This document shows, one piece after another, positions 1-9,390 of a DNA stretch of 32,000 nt. This DNA comes from an uncultured archaeon (GTDB taxonomy: Archaea; Micrarchaeota; Micrarchaeia; Micrarchaeales; CABMGC01): assembly GCA_963704435.1 (NCBI GenBank), contig OY969902.1, positions 690,001 through 722,000 on the forward strand. Reading direction: 5' to 3'. The position numbers were made by a program, and so were the translations under genes. The notes under the pieces are model-generated. The model had not been told where the DNA came from and searched no databases. It saw only the letters and a list, made by a program, of their open reading frames with translations. The stretch's first letter is position 1, and each line of letters starts with the position of its first letter.

Positions 1-877
1 CGGAATTGACATAAAGCACGTTGTTTCCTACCGGACCCACAGCGTTGTAGACGAGGAAGTTATAGGTATAGGGAGTCACTCCGCTGATAACGTTTGCGGT
101 TATCGTCTGAATCTGGTTAGCGTCTATGTAGGTCCGGGCATTGGTGAAGGAATTTGATGTCACGCCCTGGAACACGTAGGCGGCTATCGAAATTACTGTG
201 TTTGAAGCCGGCGTCGGCGCTGGCGCGATTGCATTGGCCGAATAGGTTCCTATCGCCAATGCGTTCACTGCGACCATCGCAGAGAGCACGTTGCCGTTCA
301 GGGAGTTCACCGTCGCAATGAAGTTTCCAGGGGCGTTTGTCGTATACGCGGTGAGGGCATTTCCCGCAGAGGCGAACGCGATCAGCACGAAGCTGTTGCT
401 CGTAGTGACTGTGTAGGTGAGGCTCAATGTATTTGAGGATATGGAGTTGGCTGTGTTCGCGGAGAAGACTCTCGCGTTGGAGTAGATTTCGTTGACTCCG
501 AAGCCAGTGAGGACGAGGTTATACGAGCCACCCCCGACGGGAGTATTGGCAAAGAAGTTACCGACATAACCTCCAAGGGCGTTGTAGCCTATGCTTGTGG
601 CATTGAAAACCGAAGTGCTCCCTGAGCCGAGCGCGTTGGAAGCGGTGTTGGAGGAAATCCAGTTGCTCGCAGCAGTCGTGACGCCGCTGCCTATTGCTGT
701 CATAGCTCCGCTCCAAAAGTATGTCGTCTGGCCCGAAGTCATTGTCAACTGGAGAGAGTTCGACGTCGTGGTATTCGCGGTTCCTACGACATAGAATACG
801 CTCGCCTGTGACCATTCAGCGAGGGAGAACAGCATAATTACAACAAGAAATAATGCTCTCCGCAGCTTATTCTCCAT
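1..877 (-). CDS. Secreted/surface low-complexity protein, N-terminal part (C-terminus lies outside the window)
   Basis: Frame opens at ATG (complement 877-875), MENKLRRALFLVVIMLFSLAEWSQAS..., a signal-peptide-like start. It stays open to position 1 with Asn/Thr/Ser/Ala-rich beta-type sequence (...SGVTPYTYNFLVYNAVGPVGNNVLYVNS). The supplied ORF track lacks this frame. Confidence 0.8.
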   Translation of the reverse strand, partial: MENKLRRALFLVVIMLFSLAEWSQASVFYVVGTANTTTSNSLQLTMTSGQTTYFWSGAMTAIGSGVTTAASNWISSNTASNALGSGSTSVFNATSIGYNALGGYVGNFFANTPVGGGSYNLVLTGFGVNEIYSNARVFSANTANSISSNTLSLTYTVTTSNSFVLIAFASAGNALTAYTTNAPGNFIATVNSLNGNVLSAMVAVNALAIGTYSANAIAPAPTPASNTVISIAAYVFQGVTSNSFTNARTYIDANQIQTITANVISGVTPYTYNFLVYNAVGPVGNNVLYVNS

Positions 878-1015
878 CTTATCGCGCTCAAGGCCTCCTT
901 CAGTCGTAATATTAGGTCAATTTATATAAATCACATGCTTGGCAACAGAATAAACTTGCAAGTTGTCTCGCATGAATGCCTGGCCACTCTCTTATGACTG
1001 AATTGCAAAAGTAGG

Positions 1016-1115
1016 CGCCGGGATTGGGATTCGAACCCAAACTGCCCGCAAGGGCAACCAGATCTCGAGTTTCGCCACAAATTACTGGCGCGTTACCTGG
1101 TTCCGCCATCCCGGC
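1016..1115 (-). tRNA. tRNA-Ser(CGA) with putative 14-nt intron (1071..1084)
   Basis: Acceptor GCCGGGA/TCCCGGC is perfectly paired. Discriminator is G73, T-loop TTCGAAT, and the long variable arm is TGCCC-TTGC-GGGCA. Removing TAATTTGTGGCGAA restores anticodon stem CCAGA/TCTGG and loop CTCGAGA. Confidence 0.9.
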
Positions 1116-1216
1116 ACAACAGCTCTCTTATCAGCGGTAATTAATATTTTTATCCAATCCTATTTATCTACCTGCGTTTGCCTGATGGCTGGCTTAAGCC
1201 GATGCATTGTGGTTCG

Positions 1217-2782
1217 ATGGATAAGTCTTTCGTAAGGAGCATGCTTCCGCGGCTGCTGATAATGGTATTTTTCATCGTGCTCTCCGCGGTCGGGATAATA
1301 TTCTCCGCCTTCCTGCTGCTTACCGCGCAGAGCGATTACATGCGCCTGCTTGCGGTGTGCTTCGGCGCCCTGTCCGCGATATCCGGATTCCTGAACGTCG
1401 TGTCCGCTAATTTCTATTACCACTCCTACTTCTACGACTCCTATCTGGCAGAGCTGAAGAAGAGGCTCAAACCCACGCGCGCGTATCCGAGCGTGGCCAT
1501 CGCGATTCCCGTGTACAACGAGGATCCGGCTATGGTCGCGCGCAACCTGAAGAGGCTGAAGGAGCTAGACTACGCGAAGGGAAGGGTGAACTACTATCTG
1601 CTCGACGACTCTACAAATCCCGACACGAGGAGCAGCATCGAGGCATTGGCCCGGGAGAGCGGCGCGGGATACCTGCACCGGGACGTCAGGTCTGGGTTCA
1701 AGGCGGGCGCGCTGAACAACCTCTTGAACGGTCTGAGCGAGGAGTTCATCGCGGTCTTCGACGCCGACGAGCATCTGACTGACAGGAACTTCCTCAAGGA
1801 CCTGCTTCCATATTTCCAGGACAGGAGAGTCGCGTTCGTGCAAACCGAGAAGAGGTACGCGAAGGGGACGTTCTTCTCGGACAGCATCGACCTTTTCGAC
1901 GCAATATTCTTCAAGTTCATACAGACGTCTAGGGCGCTGCACGGCACCGCGATCTTCGGAGGCTCGTGCGGGATCATAAGGGTCTCGGCGCTGAGGGCGA
2001 TGGGTGGGTTCCCCGAGTTCATAACCGAGGACACGTTCTTCAGCTTCGAGTCGGACATGAACTCATTCAAGAGCGTCTACGTGCCGAAGGTCTACGCGCT
2101 CGGAAGGCCGATAACCACCTTCACCGACCTCGCGAGGCAGCAGTGGCGCTACAACTACGGGGATACGCAGTTCCTGCTCTACATGTTCAACGTGTTCAAC
2201 AGGAGCGAGCGCGGGAAGAAGCGGGCCATGCCGGCCGTGTCGAAGATAGACTACATGGCCCACGGCTTCGGGCTCAACTACCTATCCGTGGTGCTCATAA
2301 TGTTCACGCTGGTGTCGATGCTGACCGTCCTCTCGGCTGCGCCCTTCGCGTTCGTCTCCCTGCAGCAGATACTGCTCATGAAGTATCCTGTGGTGAACAT
2401 GGAGATCCTTGCCCTACTGACGTTCTCGCTCTCGCTGCTCACGCCTGCAGTGATAACGAAGGTCTATTTCGGCTCCTTCTCGAAGGGCGTGATGGTGTTC
2501 GTGCTCAACTTCGCGCTCTCGTTCACCCGGCTCAGGGCAGCCATCGCCGCGGTGCTCAACAACAACCCGGTCCGGAGCTGGATAAAGGGCGATGGCCTGA
2601 GGAGCGGAAGGAGGATGGCAGTGTCCCTGAGCAACTCGGCCGCGGAGCTGGCGTTCTCCGGAATCCTCTTCGTTGGCGGAATGGTGGCCCTTGTCGCGAG
2701 CAACCTGTCGGGCGCGCTGTGGCTATTCTGGTACGCGGCGCTCTACAGCACGACGTTCATTTTCTTCTTCAAGTACGGGTAG
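1217..2782 (+). CDS. Family 2 glycosyltransferase, cellulose-synthase-like, multi-TM
   Basis: AIPVYNEDP, FDADEH and QQWRYN (QxxRW-like) motifs, with hydrophobic N- and C-terminal segments. The track starts at 1178; ATG at 1217 (MDKSFVRS) is the more likely start. Confidence 0.85.
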   Translation: MDKSFVRSMLPRLLIMVFFIVLSAVGIIFSAFLLLTAQSDYMRLLAVCFGALSAISGFLNVVSANFYYHSYFYDSYLAELKKRLKPTRAYPSVAIAIPVYNEDPAMVARNLKRLKELDYAKGRVNYYLLDDSTNPDTRSSIEALARESGAGYLHRDVRSGFKAGALNNLLNGLSEEFIAVFDADEHLTDRNFLKDLLPYFQDRRVAFVQTEKRYAKGTFFSDSIDLFDAIFFKFIQTSRALHGTAIFGGSCGIIRVSALRAMGGFPEFITEDTFFSFESDMNSFKSVYVPKVYALGRPITTFTDLARQQWRYNYGDTQFLLYMFNVFNRSERGKKRAMPAVSKIDYMAHGFGLNYLSVVLIMFTLVSMLTVLSAAPFAFVSLQQILLMKYPVVNMEILALLTFSLSLLTPAVITKVYFGSFSKGVMVFVLNFALSFTRLRAAIAAVLNNNPVRSWIKGDGLRSGRRMAVSLSNSAAELAFSGILFVGGMVALVASNLSGALWLFWYAALYSTTFIFFFKYG

Positions 2783-2788
2783 TTTGGT

Positions 2789-3097
2789 ATGATCTTCATC
2801 AAGAAATACACGACCGATAACGGCGACCTAGTCGCGATGTGCGACGAGGAGCTGCTGGGCCGGGTGCTAAGCGGGGGGAAGATCGTCGTAGACCTCGCGA
2901 GGTACGCGTCGTTCTACAAGGGAGAGCTCATAAGCGAGCCCGAGGCGAAAAAGAGGATCAGCGCGGAGGACATCTTCTCGGCGAACGTCGTGGGCGAGAG
3001 GTCCGTGGCGGTGCTCGTAGAGCTGGGAATCGTTACCCGCGGCAGCGTCGTGATGCTGGGCGAGGTTCCCTTCATCCAGGTGTACAAGACCGCCTAG
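2789..3097 (+). CDS. DUF424-like archaeal conserved protein
   Basis: 102 aa, MIFIKKYTTDNGDLVAMCDEELLGRVLSGGK...; small archaeal protein resembling the DUF424 family. Starts 6 nt after the upstream stop. Confidence 0.6.
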   Translation: MIFIKKYTTDNGDLVAMCDEELLGRVLSGGKIVVDLARYASFYKGELISEPEAKKRISAEDIFSANVVGERSVAVLVELGIVTRGSVVMLGEVPFIQVYKTA

Positions 3098-3102
3098 CCG
3101 CG

Positions 3103-3438
3103 CTACTCCTTGAGCCGGATTATCGCTTCGGCCATGTCCCCTTGGGTCTCCTCAAGGGCCTTCCTGGCGGCCTCGGCGTCCGCGCCAGTCTGCTCCTGCA
3201 CGAACTTCACATCGTCGTCGCTTATCTCCACAGCTACCCTGTCGACCTCGCTTATCCTGCCGGTTATCTGGAATGTCCTCATCCCCTGGCCCTCTATGAG
3301 GGTGACCTCGGGCTCCTCGACCACTATGTCCTTGTCGCCGCACTCTATGACGACCCTCTTGCTCGCTATGCTACTGCTCTTTATGCCGAGCTTGTCGAGC
3401 ATGCCCTTGAGGGCCCTCGGATCCATTGCTGGGAACAC
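3103..3438 (-). CDS. nac: Archaeal nascent polypeptide-associated complex protein (aNAC)
   Basis: N-terminal MDPRALKGMLDKLGIK, a NAC core (VVIE...VTLIEGQGMRTFQITG) and a C-terminal UBA-like VQEQTGADAEAARKALEETQGDMAEAIIRL. Confidence 0.9.
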   Translation of the reverse strand: MFPAMDPRALKGMLDKLGIKSSSIASKRVVIECGDKDIVVEEPEVTLIEGQGMRTFQITGRISEVDRVAVEISDDDVKFVQEQTGADAEAARKALEETQGDMAEAIIRLKE

Positions 3439-3503
3439 TATCGCACCTGCTGGGGTTCGGTCGGGGTTGAAGGCGCCGGGCGGACGTATCCGCCCAGGCG
3501 GAA

Positions 3504-3803
3504 TCAGCCGAACAGGCTGGCAAGCCCGCTGGCGGCCTCCTCCTCGCTCTTCTTCTCCTCTTCCTTCTTGTGCTTCTCCTCCTTCGCGGCAGGGGCAGCG
3601 GCGGCCGCTGCAGGCGCAGCCTGCATGACCTGGGCGTTCTTTATCACTTCCTTTATGTTAACGCCCTTGAGGGAGCTGACAACCGACTTCGCCATCGCTT
3701 CATCGGGCGCCATGCCCGCAGCCTTTATGACGCTCTTTATGTTCTCTTCGTTCAATTCCTTTCCCGCTGCATCCAATAGAAGAGCGGCGTATATGTATTC
3801 CAT
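3504..3803 (-). CDS. rpl12: Ribosomal protein P1 (archaeal L12)
   Basis: [30 protein letters not shown]..., Ala-rich hinge, acidic [17 protein letters not shown] tail. The internal ATG at 3803 is preferred over the track start at 3842. Confidence 0.93.
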   Translation of the reverse strand: MEYIYAALLLDAAGKELNEENIKSVIKAAGMAPDEAMAKSVVSSLKGVNIKEVIKNAQVMQAAPAAAAAAPAAKEEKHKKEEEKKSEEEAASGLASLFG

Positions 3804-3828
3804 AAATTCACCTAATCGTAAACTGCAA

Positions 3829-4674
3829 TCATTCCTCGGCACCGGATTCGGCCGATACCGCGTCCGCCTGGGCGGCCGCGTTGGCCAGTAGCATCTTCGT
3901 TATCTCGGGCTCCGGTATCTTCGCCTCCATCCCGAGCGCAAGGGCGCTCCTGTACGCGCGCGCCGTAAGGATCTCCGCGTTGTACCTGTTGACCATCCCG
4001 ATCTCGATGCTGAGCGCGAGCGCCTCCCTGAAGATCCTCGTCGCCTCGCGCCTGACGAAGTCCTCGTCCATGCCCAGCGCCGCCTCCCCGTACAGCAGCC
4101 CGCCGGAGAGCGCGACCTTCAGCTTCGGCGCGACCTCGAACGGCTTTATGTCGAGTATCTTGAGCGCGTTCGCGACAGCCCCGCTTATCTTCTCGCCCTT
4201 CTTCACGAGCACCTTGCCCTTCGCGATGACGACCTTGCCCTTGTCTATCTTCACGTCGATTCCGCCGGCCTTCAGGTCGGTCACGGTCTGGCCCGGAGCC
4301 ACGCTGGTCTCGCCCGGCTCTATGCTTATGTCCTCAGGGGAGACCTGGTTCGGCTTCGCGGCCAGCTTGAGCCTGTTGGCGCGAATCATGTTGTAGAGCT
4401 CCATCGGCTCCCCGTTTGAAAGTATAAGCGCGACGTTGCCTGAAAGGTCGCCTGAGAGCTTCTCGAACCCGCTCTCGCTCAGCGCCCTGCTGAGCAGCGT
4501 CTTCCTGGCTATGACCATCTTCGAGCCGTGCTTGAGCTCGTTCCTCACCTTCTGCAGCAGCCGGTCGGGTATCCCCTCGGTCGCCATGACCGCGATGGTC
4601 TTGTGCGACTTGAGCTCGCTCTTGAGCCTGTCAACGAGTTCAACCTTCTGGGCCTTTATCATCGTCATGTTCAC
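3829..4674 (-). CDS. rpl10: Ribosomal protein L10 (P0, uL10)
   Basis: [58 protein letters not shown]..., located between L1 and P1. GTG start at 4674. Confidence 0.93.
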   Translation of the reverse strand: MNMTMIKAQKVELVDRLKSELKSHKTIAVMATEGIPDRLLQKVRNELKHGSKMVIARKTLLSRALSESGFEKLSGDLSGNVALILSNGEPMELYNMIRANRLKLAAKPNQVSPEDISIEPGETSVAPGQTVTDLKAGGIDVKIDKGKVVIAKGKVLVKKGEKISGAVANALKILDIKPFEVAPKLKVALSGGLLYGEAALGMDEDFVRREATRIFREALALSIEIGMVNRYNAEILTARAYRSALALGMEAKIPEPEITKMLLANAAAQADAVSAESGAEE

Positions 4675-5309
4675 ACCAGCTTCAGGGGCTTGCTCATCGT
4701 AAGCTTGACGTAGACCGACCTTACGTGGTGGACTCCGGCCTTCTTGGTCACGCTCCCGACGACCTCCTTTATGTTGTCAAACGTCTTCCTTGCTTCCATC
4801 TTCTCGCTCCCGACCACGCAGTGCACCGTAGGCAGGAACTTGCCCTTGTTCTTTATCGGTATGCTCCTGTTTATCTCGTTGGACATCTTGGTCAGGTCCT
4901 GGATGTTGGGCAGCGGCTTCGGCATCTTGTTCCTGGGCCCCAGGAATGGACCGAGGTACCTGGCTATCGTAGGCATGAGGCTCATCTGCGAAACGAGCAC
5001 GTACTTCAGCAGCGATGCCAGCTTCTCCTTGTCGTTGGCCATCCCCGCTATGGCGCTGCCCTCTATCACTTCTATCCCGCTGGCGCGCGCCTTCTCCACG
5101 AGGTCCTTGTCGGTCGCGAAGATCGCTATCTTGCTCTCCTTGCCCTTCCCGTTGGGAAGCGTTATGTCAAGGTTGAGCCGGTTGTTGGGCTTCGTGAAAT
5201 CGAGGCCCCTGAAGTTTATCGCGAGCTCCACGCTCTGCTCGAACTTCCTCTTGCCCCGGTTCTCCTCCAGGAACTTCTCGAACTCGGCGTATCGGTCTTC
5301 AAGTGCCAT
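4671..5309 (-). CDS. rpl1: Ribosomal protein L1 (uL1)
   Basis: 212 aa with LVSQMSLMPTIARYLGPFLGPRNKMPKPLP and typical C-terminal VKLTMSKPLKL. Confidence 0.95.
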   Translation of the reverse strand: MALEDRYAEFEKFLEENRGKRKFEQSVELAINFRGLDFTKPNNRLNLDITLPNGKGKESKIAIFATDKDLVEKARASGIEVIEGSAIAGMANDKEKLASLLKYVLVSQMSLMPTIARYLGPFLGPRNKMPKPLPNIQDLTKMSNEINRSIPIKNKGKFLPTVHCVVGSEKMEARKTFDNIKEVVGSVTKKAGVHHVRSVYVKLTMSKPLKLV

Positions 5310-5428
5310 GTAACCCCTCCTGCATAATGCAGTGCTTGCGGGAAAACAAGTAAGAATAATTTGCCAGAGAAGGAATAAATAGCTTTTGCAACGCGCCGCG
5401 AGTTGCGCGGCCGGGGCCGCGCAATCGG

Positions 5429-6340
5429 TTATGCGACCTCCAGCCTCCCATCGCCGTAAGACCTTAGACTTCCTACAAGCATCATCAGCAGCTCCTCTCT
5501 CTGGCCTTCATCGACTATGCCTACCTTTTTCGCCGCACCTCGCACGTAGCTCTGCAGGTTTGTCCCCACATACCTGCCCCACTTTCTCATCTGTTCCGGA
5601 TATTTCTCATAATCCCTCCTATATGGCTCTGGCACGCTGCTCGCGATGGCAGTTGCCTTTTCCTCGCCTTTCTCGATTATGCTCATGGCTACGGGCAGGA
5701 TTTCGTCCTTCAGGTTCTTCGGGTCGTTTAGGTACTCGATTGCAATCGGGTAGACGACCCCCCTTATCCGCTTTTCTACACAGGCTACCGCATTGACCTG
5801 CGTCGCGATAAGGTAGCTTAGGCTTGTTATGTTCATCTTCCTGCCCTGCACTGTTACCGTCTGGAAGGGCTCCATCAGCCTTTTGTCCACAGGTATCACT
5901 CCGACGCCAGTGCCTTCGGTGAAGATGTCGACTTTGCCCAAGAAATCCATACTACCCTTTCCCCCAGAAAGCTTGATCTCAGTGAGCGGGGATTCGATGT
6001 TTATGGTGGTCGGCTCTCCCATCGTGCCATACCTTACGAGATGGTGCAGTATCAGATGCTGCTCCTCTACCGTAAGCCCGCACCTTTTTGCGACATTTTC
6101 CACCTTCTCCCTGGTAGCGATGATGTCCGCATCGACCGAGTAGCGCAGATATGGGCCGAGCTCCTTTGGCGTAAGCAATTTTATCGGGGTGCTTCCGACG
6201 TAATATATTTCGCCCATCAAGTCAGGCCTGCCCAAATCGCATGTCTTTAGGGCTATGTCCAGCTCAGCTCGGTGCGCCATATTTTCAATCGCCAATCCAC
6301 CACGCATAATATGATTTACGTTTCCGACGTTTATAAGCAT
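5429..6340 (-). CDS. Hypothetical protein, possibly nucleotidyltransferase-fold
   Basis: 303-aa ORF, MLINVGNVNHIMRGGLAIENMAHRAELDIALKTCD.... Codon composition looks like the neighbouring real genes. No family is confidently recognised. Confidence 0.75.
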   Translation of the reverse strand: MLINVGNVNHIMRGGLAIENMAHRAELDIALKTCDLGRPDLMGEIYYVGSTPIKLLTPKELGPYLRYSVDADIIATREKVENVAKRCGLTVEEQHLILHHLVRYGTMGEPTTINIESPLTEIKLSGGKGSMDFLGKVDIFTEGTGVGVIPVDKRLMEPFQTVTVQGRKMNITSLSYLIATQVNAVACVEKRIRGVVYPIAIEYLNDPKNLKDEILPVAMSIIEKGEEKATAIASSVPEPYRRDYEKYPEQMRKWGRYVGTNLQSYVRGAAKKVGIVDEGQREELLMMLVGSLRSYGDGRLEVA

Positions 6341-6582
6341 TTTTCAGTATATTTTCTGGCCTGCAGGCATTAAACTGTAAGAAATGCTTCTTAAGCATTC
6401 CGTGCGAGCTTGCATTGGACTCACCCGCGCCTTCCCTGGCAGTTCTGGCCAGCGCCGGAAGCTACCGTCGATTTCCATACAAACCTTTAAATAAGTTCTT
6501 TGGCAATAACCATATTGACTAGGGGCGCGTCCTCTAATTCTGCGCGCTGACTTAATCACATCATACTTAATCGGTAGATTTT

Positions 6583-7854
6583 ATGGCAGAGAAACCGCAC
6601 ATGAATTTGATCTTCATAGGGCACGTCGACCACGGAAAGTCGACCACAGTGGGAAGGCTCCTCTACGACACCGGAGCCGTGAGCGAGCAGGACATGAAGA
6701 AGATGAAGGACGAGGCGCTGAAGCTGAACAAGCCAACGTTCGAGTTCGCGTTCTTCATGGACGAGCTGAAGGAAGAGAGGGAGAGGGGAATCACGATAGA
6801 CATAGCCCACAAGGACTTCAAGACCGCGAAGTACTACTTCACGATAATCGACGCCCCTGGCCACAAGGACTTCGTAAAGAACATGATCACCGGAGCCAGC
6901 CAGGCAGACGCTGCGGTCCTGGTAGTCGCAGCCCCCGAGGGACCCCAGTCGCAGACCAGGGAGCATGCGTTCCTCGCGAAGGTCCTTGGAGTCAACCAGC
7001 TCATAGTCGGGATCAACAAGATGGATGCTTGCAACTACGACAGGCAGAAGTACGAGGATGCCAAGCAGAAGCTGACGACGATGCTGAAGGCGATAGGCTA
7101 CGACGTGACGAAGATACCTTTCATACCCTACTCCGCATACACCGACGAGAACGTCTCGAAGGGGAGCGAGAAGATGAACTGGTACAGCGGACCGACGATA
7201 CTTGCCGCGCTCGACAACCTGGTAGTGCCGCCTAAGCCCACGGACAAGCCGCTGAGGCTGCCGATCCAGGACGTTTACAGCGTATCTGGCTTCGGGACCG
7301 TTCCTGTAGGGAGGGTCGAGACAGGGATAATGAGGCCGGGAGACCAGATAATAATAATGCCAGGCGGTGTCAGGACCGACGTCAAGAGCATCGAGATGCA
7401 CCACCAGCAGCTTGAGAAGGCCGAGCCCGGAGACAACATCGGGTTCAACATAAAGGGCGTAGACAAGAAGCTCATAAGGAGGGGAGACGTAGTCGGCCCT
7501 GCCAGCAACCCGCCTACGGTAGCGGAGGAGTTCACGGCGCAAATCGTCGTGATAGACCACCCGACCGCGATAGCGCCGGGATACAGCCCTGTGTTCCACA
7601 TACACACGATGCAGATGGCGGCCACGATAACCGAGATACTTGAGAAGAAGGACCCGAAGACCGGCCAGACGCTGCAGAAGAACCCCGAGTTCATAAAGAC
7701 AGGCGACGTGGCGATCGTGAAGGTGAAGCCGAGCAAGCCCGCCGTAGTCGAGAAATACAGTGAGTTCCCGCCTTTGGGCAGGTTCGCGATAAGGGACATG
7801 GGTCAGACGGTCGCAGCCGGCGTAGTCCTTGATGTTGTGAAGAAGGCGGCTTGA
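6583..7854 (+). CDS. tuf: Translation elongation factor 1-alpha (aEF1A)
   Basis: GHVDHGKSTT, DAPGHKDFVKNM and GINKMDAC GTPase motifs; 423 aa. Confidence 0.97.
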   Translation: MAEKPHMNLIFIGHVDHGKSTTVGRLLYDTGAVSEQDMKKMKDEALKLNKPTFEFAFFMDELKEERERGITIDIAHKDFKTAKYYFTIIDAPGHKDFVKNMITGASQADAAVLVVAAPEGPQSQTREHAFLAKVLGVNQLIVGINKMDACNYDRQKYEDAKQKLTTMLKAIGYDVTKIPFIPYSAYTDENVSKGSEKMNWYSGPTILAALDNLVVPPKPTDKPLRLPIQDVYSVSGFGTVPVGRVETGIMRPGDQIIIMPGGVRTDVKSIEMHHQQLEKAEPGDNIGFNIKGVDKKLIRRGDVVGPASNPPTVAEEFTAQIVVIDHPTAIAPGYSPVFHIHTMQMAATITEILEKKDPKTGQTLQKNPEFIKTGDVAIVKVKPSKPAVVEKYSEFPPLGRFAIRDMGQTVAAGVVLDVVKKAA

Positions 7855-8159
7855 TGCCAATCGCGAGAATCAAGCTGATAAGCAGGACGAAAGGTTCGTC
7901 CAGGGACATAGCCTATCAGATAATCGGCATAGCGAAGACGATAGGGGTCAAGTGCAAGGGCCCGGTCCCGCTCCCAACGAGGAGGCTTATCATACCCGCG
8001 AGGAAGACCCCTTGTGGGGACGGATCGCACACCTACGAGCATTGGGAGATGAGGATACACAAATGGCTGGTGGAGATAGAGGGAAGCGACCAGGCGCTCA
8101 GGCAGATAATGAGGATCCCTGTGCCAGACACCGTGCAGATCGAGATATCCCTGTCCTAG
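7854..8159 (+). CDS. rps10: Ribosomal protein S10 (uS10)
   Basis: MPIARIKLISRTKGSSRDIAYQIIGIAKTIGVKCKGPVPLPTRRLIIPARKTPCGDGSHTYEHWEMRIHKW... Overlaps the aEF1A stop as TGATG. Confidence 0.95.
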   Translation: MPIARIKLISRTKGSSRDIAYQIIGIAKTIGVKCKGPVPLPTRRLIIPARKTPCGDGSHTYEHWEMRIHKWLVEIEGSDQALRQIMRIPVPDTVQIEISLS

Positions 8160-8174
8160 GGCCTGCCGTTCTTA

Positions 8175-8191
8175 TCCTTTTTTCTTTTTAT
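8175..8191 (+). terminator. Candidate oligo-T transcription terminator after rps10
   Basis: CCTTTTTTTCTTTTTA tract about 16 nt downstream of the rps10 stop, in the convergent gap before metK. Confidence 0.5.
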
Positions 8192-8203
8192 GGTAGAGCG
8201 CGC

Positions 8204-9361
8204 TCAGATTCCGGCTTCCTTCTTAAGAGATTCGGCCAGGTCCGTCCTCTCCCAAGTGAAGTCGGGGTCCTCCCTACCGAAGTGGCCGTAGCACGCCGTC
8301 TTCCTGTAGATCGGCCTCCTCAGGTCGAGGGCCTTTATCATGGCTCCGGGCCTTATGTCGAAGACCTTCTTCGCCACCTCCGCGATCTGCTCGTCAGGTA
8401 TCTTTCCCGTGCCGAACGTCTCGATGTAGAACGAGACCGGCTGGGATATGCCTATGGCGTACGCCACCTGGACCTCGCACCTTTTCGCTAGGCCGGCGGC
8501 CACGATGTTCTTGGCGATGTACCTCGACATGTACGCCCCCGACCGATCCACCTTCGTTGGGTCCTTCCCGCTGAAGCACCCGCCTCCGGTCCTTCCCATG
8601 GCGCCATAGCTGTCCACCACGATCTTCCTTCCGGTGAGCCCCGTGTCCGCGAGAGTCCCGCCTATCACGAACCTTCCCGTGCCATTGACTATGAACTTCG
8701 TGTTCTCGTCGAGCAGCTCCTTCGGTATGACCGGCCGGATTACCTTCTCTATTATGTCGCTCTTTACCTGCTCGGTCTCCACGCCATCATTGTGCTGTGC
8801 GGCAATTACGACAACCGCGACCCTCTTAGGAACGTTGTCCACATACTCGACGGTCACCTGCGATTTCCCATCAGGCCTCAGGTAGGGCAGGGTGCCGTTC
8901 TTCCTGCATTCCGCGAGCCTGAAGGCGAGCTTCTGCGCCAGCAGGATCGGAAGGGGCATGAGCTCCTTGGTCTCGTCGGACGCATAGCCCGAGACCATTC
9001 CCTGGTCTCCTGCGCCGATGTCGAGGCCCGTGCTTTCCACGACGCCCATCGCAATGTCCGGGGACTGCTCCTCGATCGCGGTTATTATACCGCACGTCGC
9101 CCAGTCCAGGCCGTCCTTCGCGTTGTCGAGGCCTATCTCCTTCAGCGTTTTCCTCACCGCCTTGGGCAGATCCACGTATGCGCTTGTGGTTATCTGGCCC
9201 GTTATCAGGACCATGCCCTGCATGACCATCGTCTCGCACGCGACGTGCGCCGCAGGGTCCTTCTCGATTATCGCATCGAGCACGGCGTCCGATATCTGGT
9301 CCGCGACCTTGTCAGGGTGCCCTTCCGCTACGCTCTCCGATGTGAATGAGTATTTTGACAT
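8204..9361 (-). CDS. metK: S-adenosylmethionine synthetase, bacterial-type MetK
   Basis: [38 protein letters not shown] and [27 protein letters not shown]. Confidence 0.96.
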   Translation of the reverse strand: MSKYSFTSESVAEGHPDKVADQISDAVLDAIIEKDPAAHVACETMVMQGMVLITGQITTSAYVDLPKAVRKTLKEIGLDNAKDGLDWATCGIITAIEEQSPDIAMGVVESTGLDIGAGDQGMVSGYASDETKELMPLPILLAQKLAFRLAECRKNGTLPYLRPDGKSQVTVEYVDNVPKRVAVVVIAAQHNDGVETEQVKSDIIEKVIRPVIPKELLDENTKFIVNGTGRFVIGGTLADTGLTGRKIVVDSYGAMGRTGGGCFSGKDPTKVDRSGAYMSRYIAKNIVAAGLAKRCEVQVAYAIGISQPVSFYIETFGTGKIPDEQIAEVAKKVFDIRPGAMIKALDLRRPIYRKTACYGHFGREDPDFTWERTDLAESLKKEAGI

Positions 9362-9390
9362 TTTTACACCAACGCAAAACAGGGATAAGA

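Noticed and set aside
1016-1115. Initial reading of the first tRNA as tRNA-Leu
   Set aside because: Discriminator G73 and anticodon CGA with U33 in the correct loop position after intron removal indicate Ser; Leu would be expected to have A73.
1966-2820. 284-aa plus-strand ORF inside the glycosyltransferase gene
   Set aside because: Out-of-frame shadow of the cellulose-synthase-like gene.
2839-3891. 350-aa plus-strand ORF
   Set aside because: It overlaps DUF424 in another frame and runs antisense through NAC and P1; the sequence does not look protein-like.
6556-7860. 434-aa minus-strand ORF
   Set aside because: Exact antisense of aEF1A; composition is typical of a complementary-frame artefact.
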